Source of the DNA: Gemmatimonadota bacterium | GTDB lineage: Bacteria > Gemmatimonadota > Gemmatimonadetes > Gemmatimonadales > GWC2-71-9 | Length of the DNA: 30,071 nucleotides | Assembly (NCBI GenBank): GCA_039586365.1 | Contig: JBDHKN010000061.1 | Span: 1 to 30,071 of the forward strand | Direction of reading: 5' to 3' | In this document: in pieces, positions 16,952 to 25,239 of the stretch | How the letters are laid out: each line of letters begins with the position of its first letter | How positions within the stretch are numbered: position 1 is the stretch's first letter | Notes under the pieces: model-generated | The model's input: only the letters and a program-made list of their open reading frames with translations | What the model was told of the DNA's origin: nothing | Databases searched by the model: none | Translations under genes and position numbers: made by a program

Positions 16952-16994
16952 TTGCCCGCAACCGTTTCTTCCTATACTATGTCATACATAGTAT
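16952..16994 (+). promoter_or_regulatory. Sigma70 promoter with putative PadR operator
   Basis: TTGCCC(16952-16957)-17-TACTAT(16975-16980); perfect inverted repeat ATACTATG-N5-CATAGTAT (16974-16994). Confidence 0.7.
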
Positions 16995-17105
16995 GTGAGG
17001 CCGACGCTGCCCGAATTCAGGGATCGGCGCGGCAGCAGCAGGCCGGGGACAGAAAAGGGCAGGCATGACCCACACCCGGACGACGAATCGAGGGAGGACA
17101 GGAAA

Positions 17106-17453
17106 GTGAGAGTCGAAAGAGAGCTCATGCGAGGAGCCGGGCCGGTCGCTGTGCTGGGCCTGCTGGAGCAGCGCGAGATGTACGGCTACGAGCTGGTGGA
17201 AGCCCTTTCCAGCCAGACCGACGGTGTCTTGGCCATGGGCCGGCCCACCCTCTATCCCCTCCTCTACAACCTGGAACGGAAGCAGCTCATCCGTGGCGTG
17301 TGGCGGGAAGCCGAATCTGGTCGAAAACGGAAGTACTACGGCGTAACGAAGAAGGGAATGGCCTGGCTCCGGGTCCAGCAGAAGCAGTGGGGCAGCCTCA
17401 TCGGGGCCATGGCTGGCCTGGGCCTCATTGACGTCGGATCCGGGAGGAGATGA
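17106..17453 (+). CDS. PadR-family transcriptional regulator
   Basis: GGAGG/AGGA SD + GTG 17106; 'ELMRGAGPVAVLGLL..REMYGYELV', 'TLYPLLYNLE', 'GRKRKYYGVTKKG'. Confidence 0.92.
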   Translation: MRVERELMRGAGPVAVLGLLEQREMYGYELVEALSSQTDGVLAMGRPTLYPLLYNLERKQLIRGVWREAESGRKRKYYGVTKKGMAWLRVQQKQWGSLIGAMAGLGLIDVGSGRR

Positions 17454-17457
17454 AGCG

Positions 17458-20241
17458 ATGCACTGGACCGGCCGGCGGCCCCAAAACGGACGAAGAGAGG
17501 ATGGTCTCGAGACCCCTGCGATCAGGGAGGAACGTCTTCTCGCTGAATCCCGAATCCCCGACGAGGTCCGGGGATACCTCAGGGCGGTCATGGACAGCAG
17601 CAAGCTCCATGGCGCTGCACGCTTCGACGTTCTGAAGGAGCTGGTAGCCCACTTCGAAGATGGCCTGGCGGCCAGACGCACGGCGGAGGACCTGCTGAAT
17701 GACTTTGGAGACGGCGAGCTGGTGGGAATCCTCATCCGGCGTTCCCGACGAGAAGCACGCTGGACACCGCGGCGCCTAGGGAGATTAGGCAACCGTACCG
17801 CCGACATTTCCCAGGATCTCGGGCAAGCCATCCGCGGGCTCCGGAGGAACCCCGGTTACACCGCAGTTGCCGTCCTGACGCTGGCCCTGGGGATTGGCGC
17901 CAACACAGCGGTCTTCAGCGTGGTGAACGGCCTTCTCCTGCGGCCCCTCCCGTACCCGGCCGCACACGAGCTGGTGCTGCCGGTCCTGACCAAACCGGCC
18001 GAGGGCGTCCGCCAGGGCCCTGTGGGCTACGCCGATTACCTCCGGTGGAGGGAGGAAACTGGCGTATTCCAGAACGTGGGACTCTACGTGGACTGGAACC
18101 TGAACATCACGGGGGGTGAGCGCCCCGAGCGGCTGAAGGGAGCAATCGTGTCCCACCGCTATTTGGAGGTCATGGGGGTCCCACCGCTCCTGGGCCGCAC
18201 CTTCGTACCCGAGGAGCACGAACGCGGAGCCGGCCGGGCCGCCATGTTGAGCAAGGGATTCTGGGAGCGGAGGTTCGGCGGCGATCCCGACATCATCGGG
18301 ACATCAATCCTGCTCGATGGGGAGTCCTACCAGGTCGTGGGTGTTTTCCCCCCTGAAGCGCAGTGGCCGCGCGAGGCTGAGATCTGGATGCCCCTGACCT
18401 TTGGAGCCGTGACGCCGGACTGGGTCCTCGAGATGGACGCCAGGGGCTACTCGGTCGTCGCGCGGCTTCAGCCCGGCGTCGAGCTATCCCAGGCGGCAGC
18501 AGTGGTGGACCAAATTGCCCGCAGAGCCGCCGCAGAACGTCCGGACACCCGTGCGGGGTTCGGTGCCACTGTAATCCCCCTGCGGACCTATGTCGTCGGG
18601 GAGAATACCCGTCGGGCCCTGTGGCTCCTGATGGGGTGCGTGGGGTTCGTCCTCCTCATTGCATGTGCCAATGTGGCCAACCTCACCCTGGAGCGGTCCC
18701 TCGGCAGGCAAAAGGAGATCTCCATTCGAGCCGCTATGGGCGCAGGGCGCAGCCGGTCCGTCCGCCCACTTGCTTTGGAGTGTCTCCTGGTGGCCATGCT
18801 GGGAGGAGCGGTGGGGATGGCCGTGTCGGTCTGGGGGACAGCGGCGCTCGCCGCCGTGGCCCCGGCGGCGACCCTCCCGGGGATCCACGAGCTGGGTGTG
18901 GATCTTCGCCTGCTGGTCTTTGGGCTGGGTATCTCCCTGGCAACCGGCCTCGGCTTCACCCTGGCGCCCGCCTCCCTGGTAGCGAAGCTCGACCTGCGCC
19001 AGTACCTCACGGAGGGGGGCGCCCGCGCGGGACATGGGCCTGCCGGCAGACGGGCCCGCAGCACCATGAGTGTGATCCAGCTGGCCCTCTCCGTAGTCCT
19101 GGTGCTGGGAGCGGGCCTGACCGCAAAGAGCACTATGGGGCTCGTTCAAACCGATCCGGGCTTCCGGGAAGAGGGAGTTCTTACCATGAAGGTCTTCCTC
19201 CCCCACTATCCACCTGACTCCCCCGAGGGGAGGATGGAGGGCCAGGTCTACCGGGCCTTCACCGAGCGTCTTAAGGACCTCCCTGGTGCCGTGTCTGCGG
19301 CTGCTGTCTCGGCTCTCCCCCTCTCTGCCGACGGGCTATTCGATTACCTGCCGTTCCAGGCTGTGGGCGGTGTGGAGCCGATGATCGGAGAGACCCATTT
19401 CGCCAACTGGAACATTGTCGGAGTGGAGTTCTTCGAGACCATGGGGATCTCACTCTCCCGCGGGAGGGCCTTTTCCCGGGACGATGTGCCCACGGGTCCC
19501 AAGGTGGCCGTCCTCAGCGAGTCGTTTGCCCGGGAGTTGTTCCCGAACCAGAATCCCGTGGGGAAGAGACTCCGATCCACCAGCAGCGTGGTCTCCGGGG
19601 ACCCGCTAGAGGTGGTGGGCTTGGTCGGAGACGTGCGTTACACGGATATGGCAGACGCAGGGAGGAACGTGATCTACGTGCCGCAGTCCCAGTCGGCGTG
19701 GCGGGCCATGGCGATGGTGTTGCGCTTCGAAGGAGACCCCGGTGAACGGGTGGATGAGGTTCGGGAGGCGGTCTGGGCCGTCGATCCCTCGGCCCCCATT
19801 ACAGAGGTGCGGACCATGGCCCAGGTGACCGCCGAATCTCTGGCAGCACCCCGCTTCGCCACCACGCTGGTGGCAATCTTCGCGGCCCTGGCTCTCGTCC
19901 TGGCTGTAGTGGGCGTGTACGGAGTCGTCAATGTCTCCCTGAGGCAGCGCTACCACGAACTGGGTGTGAGAAAAGCCCTGGGCGCTGAGGGCGGTGATAT
20001 TGGCCGGCTCCTCGTGGGACAGGGGGCGAAGCTCGCTATCGTCGGAATCGGCATCGGGCTCCCTGCCGGGATGGCGCTAACCCGTCTGCTTTCCGGACTC
20101 CTCTTTGAGGTCCGGGCCAGCGATCCAGCCATACTTCTCGGCGTGCCATTGCTACTTGGTGCTAGCGCCCTGGCAGCTGCGGCGTTCCCGGCGCGCCGCG
20201 CCGCGCGCATCGATCCGGTCGAGGCTCTACGGGTGGAGTGA
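17458..20241 (+). CDS. Duplicated MacB-PCD/FtsX ABC permease (ADOP-type) with helical N-terminal prefix domain
   Basis: ATG 4 nt after the padR stop, GGAGG SD; 'LALGIGANTAVFSVVNGLLLRPLPY', 'LLIACANVANL', 'GVYGVV', 'RRAARIDPVEALRVE'; prefix 'ELVAHFEDG...FGD'. Confidence 0.93.
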   Translation: MHWTGRRPQNGRREDGLETPAIREERLLAESRIPDEVRGYLRAVMDSSKLHGAARFDVLKELVAHFEDGLAARRTAEDLLNDFGDGELVGILIRRSRREARWTPRRLGRLGNRTADISQDLGQAIRGLRRNPGYTAVAVLTLALGIGANTAVFSVVNGLLLRPLPYPAAHELVLPVLTKPAEGVRQGPVGYADYLRWREETGVFQNVGLYVDWNLNITGGERPERLKGAIVSHRYLEVMGVPPLLGRTFVPEEHERGAGRAAMLSKGFWERRFGGDPDIIGTSILLDGESYQVVGVFPPEAQWPREAEIWMPLTFGAVTPDWVLEMDARGYSVVARLQPGVELSQAAAVVDQIARRAAAERPDTRAGFGATVIPLRTYVVGENTRRALWLLMGCVGFVLLIACANVANLTLERSLGRQKEISIRAAMGAGRSRSVRPLALECLLVAMLGGAVGMAVSVWGTAALAAVAPAATLPGIHELGVDLRLLVFGLGISLATGLGFTLAPASLVAKLDLRQYLTEGGARAGHGPAGRRARSTMSVIQLALSVVLVLGAGLTAKSTMGLVQTDPGFREEGVLTMKVFLPHYPPDSPEGRMEGQVYRAFTERLKDLPGAVSAAAVSALPLSADGLFDYLPFQAVGGVEPMIGETHFANWNIVGVEFFETMGISLSRGRAFSRDDVPTGPKVAVLSESFARELFPNQNPVGKRLRSTSSVVSGDPLEVVGLVGDVRYTDMADAGRNVIYVPQSQSAWRAMAMVLRFEGDPGERVDEVREAVWAVDPSAPITEVRTMAQVTAESLAAPRFATTLVAIFAALALVLAVVGVYGVVNVSLRQRYHELGVRKALGAEGGDIGRLLVGQGAKLAIVGIGIGLPAGMALTRLLSGLLFEVRASDPAILLGVPLLLGASALAAAAFPARRAARIDPVEALRVE

Positions 20242-20531
20242 AGGGGATGGACCAAGGGGCCATTTGCCGCCGCCAAGGCTTCTGGGGTCAGAGCCAGCTG
20301 CGGTAGTAGGTCACCGACACCTTGACAGTATACAGAATTCGGGAGGGAGATAGCCTTTTGTAACCCTGCCGAAGCTCTCAGTGTATGGATTCTGAACCTT
20401 CTTCTCGAATCAGCGGCCTCAGTAACTGTCAAAGCAGCATGTCAGTGGGCTTCTTGCAGGTCCGGCACCTTGAACGATCATCTACCGACGACCAGTGGAG
20501 CCGATTAGTCAACACCGACAAGCCGACTACA

Positions 20532-21710
20532 CTAGTACATCTTCCCTAGCACAACGTAGACGCCGAGATGTTCAGGGATGGATTCCGGTAGCGGGGGAAG
20601 AACACCCGAATTAACCAATTCCTCAAGGATGGAACTGAAGAGTGTATGGTAACACACCTGGAGATAGTCGCCTCCCGCATCCAAGAATCGGGAGTGGGGA
20701 GACTTGTCAAATGAGTCTGTGATGATGGAGTGGTTCTCAAAGAGAACCTCGGCGGCCCCCGCTCCGACAGTGTCAGCCAGCGGCAACAGGGCCTTGAGGG
20801 TCTTTGCCTGCACCAACGGCACTGCCAAGCGGGTTCCGGAGACCCAGCCCAGTTCCTCTAGCATCTCCATCTCCCGGCTGGTCAGTGATCCGAGCCCGCC
20901 TTCAGGAGAGACTTTGAAAAGAGCAGATGAGAAGCCTCTGTCTCCACGATACCGGTTCATCTGAATGTCGTACCGCCGGAACAAAGCGCCGTGAAGGACG
21001 TAGACCTCTCTCTGTGCATCGCCTTCATTGAACGCATACCAGTTGGTGCCGAAGGTGGAGAAATTCTCACCTCGTTCGAGGAAGAAGGCCGTGATGTGCT
21101 TCTGTGTCTGATCATAGTGGACGCGAATGCCTCTCTCGCGCTCGAGGGCACCTACTGCGCGGTGAAAGCTCCCGTCAACGATGAACTTGTCGATGATCAG
21201 GTGGGCGACGTCTTCCCAGGGAGGATCCGATTCTGATTTGACTGCATCGTACAGAGCCGTCATTTGCGAGAAGAAACCCTCGATGAAACTCGACACACCC
21301 GATGCGATAGGGTGAAGGTCTTCCTTGATTAGCTTGATTCGTTGGTCCATGATGACCGGTACGGAGGTCGTCCAGCGACCGTCGTCATCTCTTTGAAGCA
21401 AACGGACCGAGCTGAGGCTTATGAGAAGTGCATGCAGCTCGGGCTCAGGGAGGGCGGTCCGCACCTGGATCTCCGCCTCCGTCAGTGGTGCCTCAGCGAG
21501 CGCGAGCAACACCCGGTTCGCCTCGTACTGTTTGCTGTAATAGACCTCCACGAGGCCGTTGCCAAACCGAGCCGTAACTCCCTCCGAGCCTCCCACCGTC
21601 CAGAAACTGAGTTCTGAGTGTGCCGAACCGATCTGTCCTGAGCAGGGGGAGTTTGGGGAAAGGGGAAGGGTCAATATGAGAGAGAGGGTGACGGAGCGCA
21701 GGCATTCCAT
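20532..21710 (-). CDS. Hypothetical protein with probable signal peptide and winged-helix-like segments
   Basis: Long ORF; GGAGG SD before ATG 21710; hydrophobic N-terminus 'VTLSLILTLPL'; 'RVLLALAEAPLTEAEIQVRTALPEPELHALLISLSSVRLL'. Confidence 0.7.
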   Translation of the reverse strand: MECLRSVTLSLILTLPLSPNSPCSGQIGSAHSELSFWTVGGSEGVTARFGNGLVEVYYSKQYEANRVLLALAEAPLTEAEIQVRTALPEPELHALLISLSSVRLLQRDDDGRWTTSVPVIMDQRIKLIKEDLHPIASGVSSFIEGFFSQMTALYDAVKSESDPPWEDVAHLIIDKFIVDGSFHRAVGALERERGIRVHYDQTQKHITAFFLERGENFSTFGTNWYAFNEGDAQREVYVLHGALFRRYDIQMNRYRGDRGFSSALFKVSPEGGLGSLTSREMEMLEELGWVSGTRLAVPLVQAKTLKALLPLADTVGAGAAEVLFENHSIITDSFDKSPHSRFLDAGGDYLQVCYHTLFSSILEELVNSGVLPPLPESIPEHLGVYVVLGKMY

Positions 21711-21998
21711 GACGCCTCCACGTAGTGGGTCTAAGCCCGGGACGGTGTACGGCGGCGGGTGTGGGACGGTCCGGTTCGGTCTCATGGTTGGGTTCCCCTC
21801 AGAAGTGGGAAACGGCGGACTCTGCAAGGGCCATCAGGGCGATAGTCGCCACGGAGGCGGAACATTCCGGAATGATCCTTTAGAGTTGCCCAATCCTTGG
21901 ACACGCGGGCGCGGCAGACGGTTGCGCAGTGAGTGCGGCGTCGGGGCGGAATCGAGTCCGCCGCACCAGGATGTGGGTGCCTTCACCGCAGAATGAGC

Positions 21999-22034
21999 AA
22001 CCAAAACACTGCCGGCGGAAGTGGCCGCAGTGTT
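21999..22034 (-). terminator. Rho-independent terminator after the lipoprotein gene
   Basis: Minus strand ACACTGCGGC-cacttcc-GCCGGCAGTGT followed by TTTGGTT. Confidence 0.5.
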
Positions 22035-22114
22035 CTCAGCGCATACTAGGTCAGAATCCGAGGGAGGCCGGCGGCACGTACACACTCCTCGGTCGTACCG
22101 GCTGCTCTACCGCG

Positions 22115-22549
22115 TCACTGCGGCACTTCCACGGGCCGCTGTCGAGGCTCCACGGTCAGGAACGTCGCCACGTAGTCTTCAGGCGATATCGAGGACGGGG
22201 TTTCCGGATAGGGATCCAACCGGACCAGGACCAGCTCGAACGAACCAAAATCCAGCCACTTGGGGTCCAGGTGAGTGTGGAGCGTGTCGGTTCTGGAATC
22301 GGCCGAGCGGACGTCTGGAAATGGTGCGGTCTCGACCAGAACCGCAGCGTCACCGGCCCACACGCACATCACTTTCAGCGGGCAGCGCGAGTCCCCGCCG
22401 ACCCCGAGGAAGGCGACCCACAGCCCGATGTCACTCAGCCCCGCATGCTCCCCGACCCGTAGCTGGAACTCGTCACCCAGCCTTGGTTCGGTCATGGTCG
22501 AACAAGCCAGCCCGCAAACGGTCAGCAGTACGATAGCCTGCACACGCAT
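22115..22549 (-). CDS. Hypothetical lipoprotein (DSRCP...CVWAG type)
   Basis: Lipobox GLAC; 'GDSRCPLKVMCVWAGDA'; 'LVRLDPYP'; AGGAG SD. Confidence 0.8.
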   Translation of the reverse strand: MRVQAIVLLTVCGLACSTMTEPRLGDEFQLRVGEHAGLSDIGLWVAFLGVGGDSRCPLKVMCVWAGDAAVLVETAPFPDVRSADSRTDTLHTHLDPKWLDFGSFELVLVRLDPYPETPSSISPEDYVATFLTVEPRQRPVEVPQ

Positions 22550-22849
22550 AGACCACTCCTAGGTCTCTCACCCTCCCATACCTCGGTCGCCGCAGCAACG
22601 TCACGTTCGCCACCTCCCGGTGACCGCGTCGGAGTCCGCAAGCGGTCGGTCGGTTCGGACCATAACTCCCTGATCTGGTTCCGGACCGCCGCGCTACCCT
22701 CGCTTTCATGGCGACTGATCACGGCATTGAATTAGGCGCTATCTCGCTGATGAAGACGTTCGCTGAGACGCGACCGATGAAGCAGCAGCGCGCCGCCATC
22801 GAGTATGGGATGCCTCCGGGCAGCCCGACTGGGGTTTCTCACCAGATGC

Positions 22850-22876
22850 TGAAACCGCTCAACGCCGCAGGGCGTA
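22850..22876 (+). promoter_or_regulatory. Possible ECF-sigma (SigW-like) promoter
   Basis: TGAAAC-N17-CGTA upstream of the truncated gene at 22983. Confidence 0.35.
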
Positions 22877-22982
22877 TTGGCTGCTAGCATCAAGACTACG
22901 CTTTCTGTGTTGAGTGGTGAACCATAATGGTACTTGCAGGACTGCGGAGTCGCAGCCGCCAGAATCAGGTGAAGGTAATCCT

Positions 22983-23147
22983 ATGAGCAGATCGATCCTG
23001 TGCTGCGTTCTCGTTTCGGTTCAGGCCGTGGGACTGGGGTTGGGGACGGCGGCAGCTCAGGAAAACGTGAATCCCGCGTTCAGTTTTGGTGGTATCGAAG
23101 CATTCTGGAGTATCGTTGCCGTCCTGGAATCGGACACAGAGCGGTAA
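22983..23147 (+). pseudogene. 5' fragment of a secreted protein (possibly DUF5700-like Zn-protease family)
   Basis: Signal peptide ending AAA|Q, then 'FSFGGIEAFWSIVAVLESD' and a stop after 54 aa; family resemblance is from memory. Confidence 0.5.
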
Positions 23148-23509
23148 TGCGCCGGTGTTTTCGCCCAGGGCAGTGGCATACATTCGCTCCCTCGAGAGGA
23201 GGTACACGAAGCCGAGGGGCACGAGGTAGTCACACGCGTAGTGCTTGGCCGCACGCAAGCATCGCTCGGTGAGAGACGTTGCACCACAAGGTTGCGCCGA
23301 TGAAATCAGCTTCTACGTGGTGAATTCCATCTTGCATTACCTGTGTCGCTCGCGCAACGTCACCGCCCCTGTAGAGGAGGGTCCGCTCTGAATCGCTGGT
23401 CGTGTGGTCGGGATCGATCCGCTGCATCTGCCGCAATCAGGCAGCACGGTTGGGGGGAACCGAGTAGACGACCCTTTGAGACTACCTTCATCATGTCGCA
23501 GGAGTGAGG

Positions 23510-25006
23510 ATGACCCGCATTCAGCGAAGTCACTGTCGGAGGCACTTGGCGCGGTCGCTGGGAGCCGGCATCGGCTCTTGCACCCTGACGTGGGCGGTGA
23601 CGATGCTGGTACTCGCACCGGTGACGGTTCGCGCGCAATCTTCCCCTTTGCAGGTCCGGACCTATGAGTTGGACGTGGCCTTCCATCCTCACAGCGCAGC
23701 TATGAACGCTCTGGCAGACATCACGTTCCAGCCCGTGCCGACGGCACCTGACTCCCTCACGTTCTACCTCCACGGCGAATTGTCGGTGGATTCGATCATG
23801 TGGGAGGGCGTATCCGTACGGTTCGCTCAGGAGAAGGTGTACTACTTCTTCGATTATTCCCTGATCGCGAACCGGGTCGCGGTCGACCGCGCGGGTCGGT
23901 CGCTCTCCTCGGGTATCTCAGTGTTCTACCAGGGATACCTCAATCCCTCCCGGGTCCGCAGCCGCTCCGACTACATGCGGGTGGACGCGGGTGGAGTGCT
24001 CCTCAGGGCCTATGGCTACTCGCCGTGGTTCCCGATCTTCCTGGAGACCTGGCAATCGAGCTATCGCGTCTCTTTCCCCAGTGTGACGATCCGCACCCCG
24101 CGTGAGCTCCGCACGGTCTTCGTCGGGACCAAGCTGGAGGAACGGGAGGAGGAAGGCCAGCGGGTGACGGAGTGGCGGGCGCTTGAGGTGGACCTGGTCG
24201 ACGCGCAGTGCAGCGCGCAGCGGTGGGAAGTGACCTCACGAGGTGAGGTACACGCCTATCACAACCCGACGGGACCATCGCGACGTGCGGCAGCCCATCT
24301 GCTAGAGTTCGGCGAACAGTTGGCCACGCTCTATCGACGCTACTACCGTTCGGATGCCGTGACTCCCGAGGTGTACTTCATGGAGATGCCGCGCTTCGGC
24401 GAGATCTCGAGCAGCAACGTGGTCGGTCTGCCAGCCACCGGTTGGCGCGCGTTCGAGCAGATGGATATGACCAACGACACAGTCGCGCACGAAATCGCCA
24501 CGATCGGGCATGAGCTGGTGCATGCGTTCGTGCGGCCCCAGATGGACTATGCGGATCCCCTCTGGGCGTTCATGATGGAGGGGTTTCCCAGCTACTTCCA
24601 CAAGCCCGTACTCGCGGAGCTGACAGGAGAGGAACGGTACCGCTCCGGCATGAGACGGACGGAGCGGATCTACCTACAGAACCGCGAAGAAGCCCGGGCC
24701 GGTAGTGAGCAGATCCCACTGGAAAAGCCGCTGCTGGACATCACCGCCGAAGAGATGCCTCTCTACAAGGACCGGTTCCTCTTGGGGGATCGCGGGTCGC
24801 TGTTCTTCAACTACCTGCGCACCCGAATGGGCAGCGATCGGTTCTTCGAGTTCACCCAAGAGCTGTTCAGCAAGGATACGCTCGACGTTGGGCGTCTCGA
24901 GGGGACGATTCTGACCTACCTTCCGGACGCCCGAGAGGATGTGCGAACTTGGCTGATGACCTCGGAGTACCCCGAGCGGTTCCACCTGGAGACCCTGTGG
25001 CCGTGA
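23510..25006 (+). CDS. Secreted M1-like gluzincin metallopeptidase
   Basis: Signal peptide ending VRA|Q; 'YELDVAF' N-domain; HELVH-x18-E ('MMEGFPSY'); 'LRTRMGSDRF'; AGGAG SD. Confidence 0.85.
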   Translation: MTRIQRSHCRRHLARSLGAGIGSCTLTWAVTMLVLAPVTVRAQSSPLQVRTYELDVAFHPHSAAMNALADITFQPVPTAPDSLTFYLHGELSVDSIMWEGVSVRFAQEKVYYFFDYSLIANRVAVDRAGRSLSSGISVFYQGYLNPSRVRSRSDYMRVDAGGVLLRAYGYSPWFPIFLETWQSSYRVSFPSVTIRTPRELRTVFVGTKLEEREEEGQRVTEWRALEVDLVDAQCSAQRWEVTSRGEVHAYHNPTGPSRRAAAHLLEFGEQLATLYRRYYRSDAVTPEVYFMEMPRFGEISSSNVVGLPATGWRAFEQMDMTNDTVAHEIATIGHELVHAFVRPQMDYADPLWAFMMEGFPSYFHKPVLAELTGEERYRSGMRRTERIYLQNREEARAGSEQIPLEKPLLDITAEEMPLYKDRFLLGDRGSLFFNYLRTRMGSDRFFEFTQELFSKDTLDVGRLEGTILTYLPDAREDVRTWLMTSEYPERFHLETLWP

Positions 25007-25239
25007 GTCGGGACTTGGTTGCGCAGCACACACGAGGGGAGTGGTTGGGTTGAAGGGGCGTGAACCCGCGGCTCTGGTGAGAATGCCGGATCGTCGGCGA
25101 CGGCGAGCACAACTTCATCACGTTGTGTAGTCAAGATCCCTAGGGGATTCCCTTGACTCCCAGTTGTACGCCAAGCCATTGGTGGGTCTGAGCGCTACGG
25201 GAGGAGCGGTGTCGTCTGGTTCCGTGCTGATCCCTCGCG

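Noticed and set aside
16995..17105. Longer N-terminus for PadR2 (and the track's longer starts for phzF, ahpD-like, the 20532 ORF and permease 2)
   Set aside because: Downstream starts have clear SD sequences and match family N-termini; the extensions run into promoter or intergenic sequence, or into the upstream gene.
20322..20432. TTGACAGT...ACTGTCAA inverted pair as MITE ends
   Set aside because: Only 8 bp, no target-site duplication seen, and no second copy in the window.
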